DNA of 64,000 nucleotides from the NCBI GenBank assembly GCA_965113315.1, contig OZ220364.1. One strand, 5' to 3'. Of the stretch, positions 1-11,970 are shown piece by piece. The stretch is from Podarcis vaucheri (taxonomy: Eukaryota). Numbering within the stretch: position 1 is the first letter of the stretch; each line of letters begins with the position of its first letter. A program made the position numbers and the translations under genes. The notes below the pieces were generated by a model, which was given only the letters and a program-made list of their open reading frames with translations, was not told where the DNA came from and ran no database searches.

Positions 1-159
1 CCCTGAAACTAATTGGTAGTTGTTGCAACAATGAGCTCACCTATATATGCACTTGCTTTGTTACATACTAATTGGATTGCTTTGATGCTATGCTTATCTG
101 TGGGGCCTGGGATACTGGGTTCTTGGCCCACAGAGGGGAACTATCTGTAAGCCTTAGAT

Positions 160-295
160 CAGGCTTCCTCAAACTCGGCCCTCCAGCTGTTTTTGGCCTA
201 CAACTCCCATGATCCCTAGCTAGCACGACCAGTGGTCAGGGATGATGGGAATTGTAGTCTCAAAACATCTGGAGGGCCGAGTTTGAGGAAGCCTG
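160..295. mobile_element. hAT (Charlie-type) MITE, 136 bp, intact
   Basis: Long TIR CAGGCTTCCTCAAACTCGGCCCTCCAG / CTGGAGGGCCGAGTTTGAGGAAGCCTG; perfect 8-bp TSD CCTTAGAT at 152-159 and 296-303. Decayed relatives near 11790-11920, 12112-12240, 52885-53000, 53916-54055, 55140-55230 and 60650-60750. Confidence 0.9.
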
Positions 296-679
296 CCTTA
301 GATAGTTTCCAGCTATGTCCTCACATGGATTGATGAGAAGTTCTGGTCAAACAAAAGTATGCCGTCTTTTGTATAAGTAATGCTTAACTTACTAGCACTT
401 TGTGGACAAGTCATGATTGCTTCCTGCTGTGGTGTTCCCCCCATGTCTTGTAATGACAGTGGGGCTTTGCAGGCTGTGTTGTAAGTTTATACCTGTATTC
501 TTTAATAAAGCACTAGAACTGGCCATTCTGGTGTCTTTGATTTTCTCTTTTGGTATCTCTGCACCAAACCACTCCCACTGGCCCTCCTTTGGGCTGCAGA
601 TCAGAACAACACACCACATTGCTCAAAATATTTGATTTTTTAAAAAGAGGGATATAATCTGTGTTGTGCCAGATTCTAA

Positions 680-835
680 AAACACTGATCCCTGTTGCAC
701 CTACAACCCACAATTTAGTGTAGCATAAGGTTTCGTGACCACAAATTTTATACCACTGTAAATCTGTTCCATCTTTAAGGTACCACAATGCTTATTTTTT
801 CCCTGCTACAAAGTAAGTGGCAACCTTTCCAGAAT
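680..835. mobile_element. Decayed Penelope-like terminal repeat remnant
   Basis: TCTTTAAGGTACCACAATG...CTGCTACA resembles the Penelope-type terminus common in reptile genomes; recognised from memory only, boundaries approximate. Confidence 0.3.
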
Positions 836-1174
836 TCATATGCAATTCCACAATGTGTTTGGAGTGCTGTATTGCATTTCTTTCAGCGCTTTTGATTTTG
901 AAGTCATTTTGTTATGTCTGTTTTGGGGAAAGTTTTGCTCTACCCTGAACCTCACGTGAGAAGGAATGAAAAAGGGATCCAAATTGAAGTATATAAAAAT
1001 GTGTGATGGCTTCTCTCCAGCAACAATGATTCTAGTACACTTAGCATTTCCACACAATTGAATTAATTCTAGGATTTAAATGGATGTATCCTATTTCCAG
1101 AGCAGGTAGCACATTTTCAGCTGTATGCTAACTGATTGTCTACAGGGACTCACCTTGCTTTTGTTTCTTTCCAG

Positions 1175-1212
1175 GCTTGTTCTCCTGGCATCCTTTCTTA
1201 ATGTCTCTTGCG
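1175..1212 (+). CDS. CYB561D2: Cytochrome b561 family member D2, penultimate coding exon (38 nt)
   Basis: tttctttccag|GCTTGTTCTCCTGGCATCCTTTCTTAATGTCTCTTGCG|gtaagc encodes LFSWHPFLMSLA, which includes the first heme-ligand His; phase 0 join to the next exon. Confidence 0.93.
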
Positions 1213-1542
1213 GTAAGCCAGCCACAGGCATTCTTTACAACCATCTTCCTAAATAACTAATTATAACCTTACCTTATCTATTTCGGGCTTTGTTTAGTGG
1301 ACTGAATAGTCTGAGAAAAGGCTGGAGGCAGCTTATTGTGGAGTAAGATGGAAATTCTGTGCTAAGGAATTGGAAAAGGCAGAGGTGATGCAGTTGCTCC
1401 TGCCTGTTGTAGGACTCGAATCCAGAATTCCCTACTGGTAGATAGGTTTAAAATATGAGATAATTATCCCTTCCTTTTCTGTGTGCAGCTCACAAAGCTT
1501 TTATCTTCTCCTTTGCTGATGAGGATCACTATAAAATTTGTA

Positions 1543-1558
1543 CCAGCCAGATGGGCAG

Positions 1559-1611
<53 letters not shown>

Positions 1612-1623
1612 TATTTATTATTA
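1543..1623 (+). repeat. (TAT)n microsatellite forming the tail of an extremely truncated L2-type 3' end
   Basis: CCAGCCAGATGGGCAGGT followed by about 20 TAT units; the same 3'-end motif occurs inverted at about 7725-7788. Confidence 0.75.
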
Positions 1624-1835
1624 CCACCTTCTTTAGAAAAGAGATAAGCCTTTCCATGACAGAACAATTTCTTCTCCAGTATTTGGCAGGAATTCCCAAG
1701 TTATTACACAAAGTTAAATGCTGGGGGAAAGCAAGGAAGCTTTTGTTCTTGTTAAGCTGGGAATGAGTGCAATTTTACCATTGGCTAAATGTAATGTAAC
1801 AAACCATGTGATGTTGTCTTCTTTTGCCTCTCCAG

Positions 1836-2339
1836 TTTTCTTTCCTGATGACAGAAGCCCTTCTGACTTTCTCTCCAGAGAGCTCCCCCCTCCAGTCCTT
1901 CTCCCGGAAGGCCAAGGTCCGCTTCCATTGGGCTTTACAGCTGCTCTCACTCACCTGTGCAGTGTTGGGCTTGGCCATCATCAGCTATAACAAGTACCGC
2001 AAGGGGAAAGACCACTTTGTCACCTGGCACGGTTTGACTGGCTTGCTGACTGTGCTGTATGCTACCATGCAGTGCATGGGGGGCCTTGCTCTGCTCTACC
2101 CCAAGCTGATGAAGAACTGGACACTGAGCAAACTCAAGCTTTACCACGCCACATCAGGGCTGATCGGTTACATTCTTGGCTGTGCCAGTTTGATGCTGGG
2201 TATGTGTTCCTTGTGGTTTACCATATCTGTAACTGGAGTCTCCTGGTATCTGTCCATGCTGTGTCCTATCCTCACCAGCCTGGTTATCATGAACCAAGTG
2301 AGCAATGCCTACCTCTATCGCAAAAGAATCCAGCCTTGA
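1836..2339 (+). CDS. CYB561D2: Cytochrome b561 family member D2, last coding exon
   Basis: Acceptor ctctccag|TTT; [10 protein letters not shown]...RFHW...TWHG...LYHA...[15 protein letters not shown] matches the CYB561D2 C-terminus with three further heme His; start exon lies upstream of the window. Confidence 0.96.
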   Translation, partial: FSFLMTEALLTFSPESSPLQSFSRKAKVRFHWALQLLSLTCAVLGLAIISYNKYRKGKDHFVTWHGLTGLLTVLYATMQCMGGLALLYPKLMKNWTLSKLKLYHATSGLIGYILGCASLMLGMCSLWFTISVTGVSWYLSMLCPILTSLVIMNQVSNAYLYRKRIQP

Positions 2340-2712
2340 AAGCCATCCTGAAACAGACAGCTTGTGGGATCTCTGAAGAATTCCTGCATTGTCAGTAAGG
2401 AGTCAGGTGGTCTTACAAGGCAGTGGGACTTAAGAATCTCTTTTTACTTGCCTATAGCATCATATGGTATTTTATGTAATTTCTGACTTTTCCCTGTTAA
2501 AATCCTGGAGATGCCCATCCTGTTGAACCAGCTTCCTTTTGGTGCCAGAGTGTCCATGTAGCATTTTCTCTTCTTTGTCAAAATACCTCTGGAAATATGG
2601 CCAGTGCTGAGTAAGTAGCCCAGTTGCACTCTGCTGGTGCCTCCCTGTGTAAGAACACCAAGTATTGCTTAGGTTGTTCTCGATTCAGGTAGCTGCTGAA
2701 ATCCTTCTTGCA

Positions 2713-2729
2713 TACACACACACACACAC
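2713..2729. repeat. (CA)n microsatellite
   Basis: Direct read. Confidence 0.85.
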
Positions 2730-5436
2730 CTTGGCTGTTTTAATATACTATCTCTTGGTAAACTGTTTGGGGTTCAGATGTCCTGGTTTGGGTATCAGAT
2801 TAAACCTTTTAGCACTCTGAATAAGGGAAGGACTGATCTCTCTCTAACACAGTTGTAAAGGCCTGAGTTACTGTCTAAAAAAATCTGTCCTGACTGTGCA
2901 GTGCTCTAAGCTGTATTAGAAATGACAAGGTAATTTGAGCTAGGCAGGATCTAAACATATTACATGCTTTAAAAACAAAGCTGCCTTGTATGGAGACTCT
3001 ACGACCAGAAAGTGGCATGGGAGGACAGAGGGCCTAACACTTCTTATTTTTTAATGCTCAAGAACACCAGACCACCCGTCTAGCAGGTTTTCTCCCCAGC
3101 AGGATTCAAAGTGCATGTTAGCATGTAAGTGTAAATTATTATTACTGCTGCTTTATCTGTTCATAGCCTTGTAGCTAAAGCTCTCAGGGGGATTTACATA
3201 AACAGTTTAAAAACCAAACCTGATCAACTATATGTGTTAGACTGGCTAAGTAACTTCACTTCCTGAAATAGTGAAGTGGCTCAGATGTGGATCAATTAGC
3301 CATTGGCGTTTTCCAGAGACAATTTGATGTGAAGAGACTGTGGTTGACATGTAGAGCATTTTGTACAACCTGTCTTAGGTCTAGACAAACATTAGGAGAT
3401 ACTTGCCATTTCCTTCCACTGTTATAATATTCTGAGGGCTGCAACTCCTTCACTACCCCACCTTCTCTGTTTTGTTTTTTTTTTTACTCTTAGAAGTCCT
3501 GTCATTCCATGTCTGCACCACTCAGTTCAATGTGGCTTAGTCCCCTGCTACTCTGGACTGCACTGCAGGCTTGTTTAACTGTGCTTGCCTTGTGTTTGTG
3601 TTAAAGTAGGGGGAAAGGAAGAAATTGCTGCTGTGTCCTCCCTTCTATCCCCACTCTGGCTCTCAGTAGTCACTGTGGCCTTTTCTTTGGTCAGCTACTA
3701 TAACAGCAGCCATTTTGAGAGCAACTGCTGCCTAGAAAATAACAGGCAAACACTGAGAACCAGGAAGAAGAAGGGCAGCACAATGATGGATTCTCCTCCT
3801 CCTCTTCCCTGGTGGAAAGATGTGAGGCAGGCAAAAGTTTCATGGACATATGGTATACTGAACTTGAGAAAGGCTTTCAAGAATTGGGTATAACCAAGTC
3901 TCTGTTCTCTTCTTTACACTGATGACTTCTGGGTTCCTCCTTTCAGGTTGACGCATGCACTGTTCAGGAGAAAGCTTCACGGACAAAAGCACAATACTAT
4001 GTAAGCTTAGGAATTTCTCCTTGAACTTCTGGCCTAGTGGTATAGGTTCTCATAATCTTTTATCCTATACCTGGAATGGTATACCACAAGACCACATTAT
4101 TACCTGAAACTATTCCTGATAGAGGGAAGCTTACAGCCCGGCAAATGTATTTATGCCCTCTCAAGGTGGAGAAGAAACCTGCTCAGTCCTTTCCCTTCTC
4201 GGTGTACAGAATTTCCATTCACTCTTGTGTTATGGTAGATGAATAGTAGCTTCATTTTATGGCTAGGTAAGCAAAAGGGAGCTCTGATGTCCAAAGGTTT
4301 CCCACTGATCCAAGCACAGAGGTTAGAATAGTATCTGCATGGCTATCTTCTTTTGTAGCTCTTAGACCAAAACTCCCAGCATTTGATGTCTCATGAGTCA
4401 CAGTATTTAACATAGACGATCCTGCAAACAGGAACATGGAAGCAGAGCAGTGAAATACAGATAAGCACTTTTCTTTTTTCAGACTTGGCACAGTTTGCTG
4501 ATACATGACAAGTTCTGCACAAGTGTAACATGTGTGATCAACACTTGTGTTGATCTACATACAATCTCTGCGTGGAAATGCTTTCTACACTGGAATGTTG
4601 AGGCACTCAGAAAAGCTTCTAGATGGGCTGATGGTACTTACTGGTAATCTCTTGCAGTTCCAAGGCAAGGATAAAACCCAGTTGCTTTTTTATCATTAGC
4701 TAACAGCTGACTTCCAGATTTGATTTGCTTGCAGCATGTTAAAGTGGCTTCAGCCAAAGTGCACACAAAGGTTCCCACCAGCTGTGGGACTAAATCAAGG
4801 AAAGGAGTCTTTGTTTTGCTGGCTGGGAAGAAGAGAGAATAACTGCCTTAGCAAAGAACGAGAAAATGGGCAAAGCTGGGCCCCTTGTTTAATGGGATTG
4901 GAAGAAGCACCATGGTTGCAAGGAGATAAGACACCGGCCCTGACCTAGATAAAGTTAATCATGACTAAAGCTCTTTGAAACCTATGAAAGAATGTGACTA
5001 CCTGAAGTCCCATTGTTTTCATCTTCCAGTGGTTATGTACCTTAGATGTCCTGTGCAGCATCATTTACTTAAACATATAGTTTGCCATAATGTATTATGT
5101 AAAAATGCTACATTTTTATGGACTAGAGTACCTGGTTATCTTTTCTATGGAGCCCATGGTCCCCACCTTTTCTTGCGTCTATGCGATACCAGTCCTTTCA
5201 GTGACAACTGCGACAGGCATTATGTCAGCAGGAATGCTTCATTTTCACCAGTTACATGGATTGATTTGGCTGAAATATATATTGCTGTTACTGAAACATC
5301 AAGCGGTCTGCCAAATCTGAAACTGCACCAACGAAGATCGTTGTTTGCACTGGACTGTTTGTGTGAGTATATCTGCCAGGCAGGTGTACCCATCAATGAG
5401 CTTGATCAAAGAAAGGTAATCAAGAGTTCTCTATTA

Positions 5437-5442
5437 AATAAA
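5437..5442 (+). terminator. Candidate polyadenylation signal for CYB561D2 or an intervening + strand transcript
   Basis: AATAAA followed by a GT/T-rich tract (TGTTGCCTTTTTATTTGTTTTT) about 30 nt downstream. Confidence 0.4.
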
Positions 5443-5599
5443 GCTTTTGAACACCTGTAGTGGCTCTGGCATGTTGCCTTTTTATTTGTTTTTGCTCCCT
5501 TCTGATCCACTAAGACAAGATATCCTCAAGCAGAGTTCACGAGATACCTGGTATCTGCAGATAACATTGCTCTTTCTTGTTGGCATCACATCAGTTAAT

Positions 5600-6070
5600 A
5601 ACAATTTTATTATGCCCTAGTCAGACCTCATCTAAAGTACTGTCTACAGTTCTGGGTGCTGCATAGGCAAATTGGAACAGGTTCAGAAGAAGACACCAAA
5701 AAGGGCTAGTGGGGTAGAAAGCCAGTCTCATGAGGAAGGATTGAAAGAACTGGCATGTTTAATGATAGCACTCTTCAAATACCCAAACGTCCATTACACA
5801 GAAGAGGGAAAATACTTGTTCCCTGCAATCCCAGAGGACAGGACTAGATCTAATAAGCAAGGGAGGGCTTATTGCAGCTGAATGTTAGAAAAGCTCTTTT
5901 AATGACAGTGAAATCAGTTGCTGAGGTTGATTCGCTCTCCCTCATTGGAAGTCTTCAGGCAAAGGCTGGGCAATCATCTTATGGATGCTGTAGCTCAGGA
6001 TTTCCAGTGCTGAGCAGGGATTGGCCTAGATGGCCTACAAGACTCCCTCCAACTCTTATGATACTATGAA
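5600..6070 (+). mobile_element. CR1 LINE 3' fragment
   Basis: GTCAGACCTCATCTAAAGTACTGT..CAGTTCTGG, GAACAGGTTCAGAAGA and a terminal TCCAACTCTTATGATACTATG octamer-type tail, all typical of CR1. Confidence 0.8.
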
Positions 6071-7684
6071 TGTGTTCACTGAGTTGCCAGTAATTGTCAT
6101 ACAGATTATTACCAATAGGTGGCACTACAACAGTAAGGGATAGCAGAGATTTAACAATTATTTCTTCCCCTGGGTAGAAAAGAGCTGCTCTGGGAAGCCA
6201 CTGGTGTTGGTAAAATTCTCCAATGCCTTCCGGGTGTACTTGTGTTGTTTCTTAAGTGTGATGTGGCTGAAGGATGATAGTAAAACAACAAGTAGAGCCT
6301 AATTGCTATTTGAAAGCATAATTGAATCCAGAGTGATTCCGCAGCTGCTCCTTTAATACTGTGCTAATAGTAAAGCTCCCTGTTCCTCAACTTCCTAAAG
6401 GATGAGTTGTTACCGAGGTGAAGTAAACCGCAAGGAGTCAATGGGTAGCTTGAAAATTCCTGTTGGTTCCAAAAATTCTTTCACAGCAGCCCAGAATTTA
6501 GTTATGAAACTAACAAGGCCTAGTGAACTTAGTGCTTCCTTCCTGTGATTTCAGATAGTATGTCTTGGCAGCCAAAAAGGATACAATGGATAGAACAGTG
6601 ACACCTAAAGCTGATGCAGTACCAGCAGTTCAGAAGTCTCCCATAAATTTCTGTAGGACCAAATATTATGAATGGGTATAAAGTTAAATTCCACTTACAA
6701 GGCAGGATTGTATGGCTGTAGAGAGAAGAGGTACATTCGACTCCCCTGTTGCAACAGTTTTAGGAAAACTTCCAACTATTGTATACGTCTCCTGATAGTG
6801 AGAATTTATAGGTGGATATTTTGCATCAGCAATATTTCTTTTAAACAGAGAGAAAATGAGAAAAAAGTTATAAAGGAGGATCTACAGGAATTAGCTCTAT
6901 GTATCTGTGATTGACATGAATCATTTGGGCTTTAGACCAGAGCTCTACCTAACTTGCAAGGGCCCAGTATGCTCTTCAGAAGAATGACTTAGTACTACAC
7001 CAAGGCACCTGGCTAGCACAAATCACTGAAGCATCCAACTGGCCTTATTGGGTCATCTAGCCCAGCATTGTTTACTTTGATTGTACTGGCTTTTGACAGC
7101 TTGCTATCTCCCTTTTTTAAAAAAACAACAGGAAAATGTCTTTTACTTCCTAAGTAAGGAAGACCCAGTATATAAGGACTGCAGGTTATCCCTACAGGAT
7201 TCCTTTCCTGAAAGCTCGGCTGAGTCCACAGAAGACCTTCCACATACATCCCAGGATGCTGCATTCACTATCCTCTGTTGTACTAGAACTCCACCCAATC
7301 TATTTACTCACAAAACATCTCCCTAACAGGAATGAGATCTCCAGGTATAGGGCGGGATATAAATTCTAATTATTATTAACAACCCACCACAGGCTATAAA
7401 ACCTTTCCACATACTGAATGCAAGGTTATGAATTTAAGTAGCGATTCCTTAGAACCTTTGTTAGTACTGTGTCTCCAGTAGCTGGCTATCAATTAGCTTC
7501 CGTGCAACAGTGGCTACTGTTAATGCTGTCTGTTGGCACAGGTCCCTGGTATTGTATCCTTGTTCCAGGATGAGACACACGATTTCGAAATTACAAATCA
7601 TGGTTGTTTGCAAGTTACAACCAACATTTATGGTACAAGGGTTACAGTTAGGATTATCAGGGTGGTGTTGTGAAGCACCCAGTA

Positions 7685-7900
7685 GAATAATAGAATCATA
7701 AAATTGTAGAGTTGGAAGGGACCATTATAATAATACTAATTTATTATTTATACCCCGCCCATCTGGCTGGGTTTCTCCAGCAACTCTGAGGGTCATTTAG
7801 TCCAAGCCTTGCAATGCAGGAATTTTTCGCCCAACGTGGGGCTCAAACCCACAACCCTGAGATTAAGAGTCTCATGCTAGACTGACTGAGCTATTCCAAT
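7685..7900 (-). mobile_element. tRNA-Lys(CTT)-derived SINE with CR1-type tail, interrupted by an L2-type 3' end
   Basis: 7828-7894 is the reverse complement of tRNA-Lys-CTT with CpG-decay changes and a broken acceptor stem; 7685-7724 plus 7789-7822 form the CR1 3' tail; 7725-7788 is a nested L2-type end. Confidence 0.8.
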
Positions 7901-8285
7901 ACATTTCCTGTCAAAACAAAGTGATGCCCAACATCTTTCTGAGATTTAGTACAAAAATCTTATTTTGCAACAGAATCAGAACCTGGCCTAAGAGTATTAA
8001 AACACTGTATTTCTCATGCGTCTTGTGTAGAAACAGATTGCAATGGCTTAGAACTCATAGACAGCTGCATTAGTATTCAATATTTTTAGAAGTACCTACC
8101 CAAGGAAGTCAGTTACGTCTGCTTGAAAAATTATAAAATTGACCCCATCAAGCCCCCTCAACAATCACCACTTCTTAATGAGCATCACGCTTAGTACTGA
8201 TAACTTCACACAAGATGAATGTCCTACATGTAAATGCTTCCATGTAGAAAACACTAAGTGAAAGAAGGGATAAAAAGAGAAAGTA

Positions 8286-8469
8286 CAGGTAACTCCCAAT
8301 TTACATGGGGGTTACATTGCAAGGCGAAATCGTGTATATTTGAAACACCATTGAAAAAGCCTCCAAACACCCTGTTCTACCCCTGCCCCTTTTTGTGATG
8401 TTTTCGGGTCACTTCTAGGTTTGGCGCGGTTGCGCACATATTGGATGTGCCTAAAATGGTTGCTGCCTG
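8286..8469. mobile_element. Old Tc1/mariner (Tigger-like) MITE
   Basis: TA|CAGG ... CCTG|TA boundaries with degenerate TIRs. Confidence 0.4.
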
Positions 8470-8509
8470 TATTCCAAATGTGTAACAATAAAATTATCTT
8501 TTCTGTCTT

Positions 8510-8515
8510 TTTATT
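8510..8515 (-). terminator. Candidate distal polyA signal of TMEM115 (alternatives at 9106-9111 and 10202-10207)
   Basis: TTTATT on + is AATAAA on -; it lies at the edge of the TE-poor stretch downstream of the TMEM115 stop. Confidence 0.4.
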
Positions 8516-10536
8516 AATCTACCAAAGCAACACGAAAAAAGTATACAACTGCCTTTCACAGCAACTTGCCATGTGAGATTTCCTTTTGGTAAAGGAAATT
8601 CATATTGTGTGAAGCAGCTCTTAGTAGAAGTGCCTACTGAGCAGGTCTAAGTACTCAGTTAAAGAGTTTTGCAGAAATCAGGCCTGAAATCTCCAGTCTT
8701 GTCTCTTGAAGCTCCCTGGGCAAACCTGGGCCACTCATTACTGCATAGTGGTACCTTACACGGATGCTGCAGCTGTGAGGAAAAAAACAACATCCTAGAC
8801 AAAAGCAGGATAGAAATATAATAAGACTTAGAAGTTACCTAAAAAGATGTCAAAAGTCAAGCTTTCAGAAGTGAAGTGACTGTCCTTCAGTCTTTTATGC
8901 CAGTAAAGCTAATCACTTCCCTAAATTGGTTAAAAGCCTTTTCAGCCTTGTGTCTGTGTTCTTCAACTATAAAGCTGTCTTGAGTGAAACCACAAAAGAA
9001 GACAAGACCCCAACATTTGGAAACTTCTCCAACTAGGAGGCTTACATGGTCATATACAAAGGAAGGTTTACAAAGCCAATCAAGAAGCATTCTTCAAAAG
9101 AACTGTTTATTGATACTGAAATTGTGTTTCATTACCTGGTTGACAAAACCTCGTGGTCCTTTAAAAAAATTATCACAACATTGTCTCACACTCTCTTCCT
9201 GTTCTGCTAAGTGTCCCCTCACCCAGTCCTCCAGCTGGGTGAGTTGTACCCTTTGGGATACTTTGGGGTTGGGTGTCAAGGCAAAACAGCTTAGGCCTTG
9301 CCAACCCACCAAAAAAAAAAAAAAAATTAATAAAGAAAGGGAAGAAAAAGCATCTCATCCCAGAGGAGAGGAAGAGGCTAATAATGAACTAACCAAAGAG
9401 AAAAAGCAGGCATCAGAAGAAATGTCAAGGGTCCCACAAAAAGCACCTTTTAAAATCAAACAGAACCAGCAACATATATTCTACTGTAGCAATGAGTTCA
9501 TTCCAACATCCTGTGAATGTATGGGCACCCCACCTAAGACAAAGCAGCTTTGTCATTTGAATCACCGCAAAAGGAAAATGAAGAACAACCAAAGGCTAAA
9601 GAACAGAAATGAAATTAATTCCCTCTGAGTCCTATGGAAAATCTGAGATAATGCTTTTCCACAAGGTAGTCCACATACTAGTAGCAACCTGCTCTTTATC
9701 CCTAAAGCCATCACTGTCAAGAATTCAAGAGGTGGACTGAGTGGCTATGCTGTTATTAAAAAGGCTTTAAGCTGCTGGTTCTGCGAATGCCTAACTCAGC
9801 AACTTGTTTTGGCAGAGCTCCTCAGGGCTACCAAATCTGTAAGGAGGGAGGGTTAATACAGCAAAGCATTTGTTTAAAGTGCTTGCTCATTTAATCAACA
9901 ACAAAGCCAACTCTGAAAGGAAAAGGGGGAGTTGCAGAGTTGTTTTGACAACCAATGCTGCCAAGGTAAAATAAAATCAAGAGGGAAAGTGCTGTGTTGC
10001 TTGCTGAGCTTGCTCTGGGATGCCCTGGTGGGCTTATACAGTGGTCTAGCAGTTATAGCTCAAAAACAGGAGCCACGCTGGGCAAGCCAGGGCCCCACAC
10101 AGGTTGACTGGAACTGCCAGCCAGAAGGAGCCAAACACGCACACACATACATGTGATAATAGCCACAATGGCAGCTACTTCTTGGAGATTTTGCAGGTTG
10201 CTTTATTAAGATGAACACTCCTTATTGGGCAGAAGAGATGCGGCTCTCCCTCTGGCCTGCCAATTCTGAGAAATTCTCAATTCCAGGCATCCCTCTGATG
10301 ACAACAGCCCAAATCCCAGATCCGTGCAAACAGTTTTCACCATGAGTCCTGGGACTTGGCACCAGCCAAGTGTGGCGAACAAACGTTGGAAGGGACGTGT
10401 GGTCTCCCTCAGGGCCAGCAGGCACAGTGTTTTGCTTCCTGCAGAACAGGCAGCACTGTGAGGAAGGACATGTGAAGGATCATTAGCAGCTCTGGCATAC
10501 AGGGACACGTAGAAGAGGAGGGCAGGTGCCTCATGG

Positions 10537-10744
10537 TCACAACTGAGAGGGGGCATCCTCAAAGGTAATGAGGCTGGACTCCTGGCTGCCTGCTTTCCCT
10601 GCAGTGACAGAGTCCCGGCTCTTCTCGGGTAGCAATGGAGTATCAGCCTTGATGTTTTCTTCTTCTTCATCCTCCATGCTGGGCCACGACGACTGATCTT
10701 CTACACGCTTCAACCGCTCATTCAGTGCCTTCAGGGCCAGTTGT
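10537..10744 (-). CDS. TMEM115: Transmembrane protein 115, coding exon 2
   Basis: tctgtag|A CAA CTG...: RQLALKALNERLKRVEDQSSWPSMEDEEE...ESSLITFEDAPSQL*; the phase-2 join with exon 1 gives 353 aa. Confidence 0.96.
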
Positions 10745-10829
10745 CTACAGAATGAGAAAATGACCCATAGTGAATGTAGGTTAGTTTGCATATTAAGTGG
10801 CATATTTCATGAGAGGGGTATTTTCTAGT

Positions 10830-11710
10830 GCAAGTCACCAAAGGAGTCCAGAGACCCTCTAAGGCTGGGAAGGCCACAGACACCCTTGGCCAACCCTCCA
10901 AGGATGGAACGCACAACCCCAATCATGTGCATTGATAGTAGAAGTGGAAACAGCTCTGCGAGCAACAGCATGCAATGATGTGCATTGCAATCAGGGATTT
11001 TGTCATTGTTGGCATCTGTCTGCCATGAGAGACAATGGAATGTGTCTCTGGGGTGCTCCTTCTGGGGCAGCTGGTCCACCTTTGGTCCCCATCCTGCACT
11101 CAACTCTCACCTGTGGCTCCTAGAAACTGTCAGCATATGACAGCGGCCACACCCCAAGAAACCAGATGAGGGTAGCTGATGGGTCTCAAACCCTTAGTGA
11201 GTTAGGGACTTCCTTTGCATGCAGAGACAGGCTCCAGCAGATAGAGCGGATGAGTGGTCAAGAAGGCAGTTTCTACACATGCTGTAGAGGGAAGTGATAG
11301 GCAGATGGGGCTTGTCAACCTGGGAAGGCAAAACATCTATGAGAAGGAAAACTCTGATTCTAAACCTCTGGTGCCTTGTGGGCTATCTCCAGGAGATGGA
11401 AAAGCTCAGGAGTAAACCCTACACAAATCTGGAGGAAGTCCCTAAGACTGTTGGATAGTTCCTTGTATGCCTCTTTCTGGCAACTCCTGCAGCCATGCTG
11501 GTACCAAACATTGCTCTGCTTCATTTTGGATCACATCAGGGAGGCCAAGAGGGGGTTGTCGCTGTCTGAGCAGCCCAGGACCACCATACACACTTCCCAG
11601 GCTTGAGGCCTGGGGAGGTCACTTCGGTGCTGCTAACGCGGCGGTTTTACTTCACCCCTCTTAGGTCCATTCCATTGTTTCTCGATACAGACGGATGCCA
11701 ACAACAACCA
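10830..11710 (+). mobile_element. Non-autonomous RTE-clade-derived retroelement (5'UTR-like body, (CAA)n tail)
   Basis: GGGCTTGTCAACCTGGGAAGGCA...GAGAAGGAAAACTCTGA resembles RTE 5' regions; the element ends GACGGATGCCAACAACAAC; no TSD resolved. Confidence 0.45.
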
Positions 11711-11932
11711 TTTTAGAAATGTTGTATTTCCTCATTTTCACCTAAAAACAGCATTCAAGGCTACATTCAGCTATTCTGATAACCTTCAAAGGCATGAGGA
11801 ACCTGTGACCTCCAGATGTCACTGGCCTCTAAATTCTGTCACCCCTGTCCATTAGTCATGCTGTTTGGGGCTGACAGGAGCTGGATTCTACCAGCATATG
11901 TACAGCTACAAGTTCTCATATGTACCAGCACT

Positions 11933-11970
11933 TAACCTTGATATTCAGAGATAACCTTGATATTCAGAGA
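11933..11970. repeat. Exact 19-bp tandem duplication TAACCTTGATATTCAGAGA x2
   Basis: Direct read. Confidence 0.9.

Noticed and set aside
1551-1766. Poly-Tyr ORF
   Set aside because: It is the translation of the (TAT)n microsatellite within a CYB561D2 intron.
7828-7900. Functional tRNA-Lys(CTT) gene
   Set aside because: The 5' acceptor stem is lost, the D and T arms are mutated, and it is fused to a CR1 tail, so it is a SINE head.
8984-9628. 214-aa ORF on +
   Set aside because: GTG start, runs through an A-tract, antisense to the TMEM115 3'UTR, no recognisable domain.
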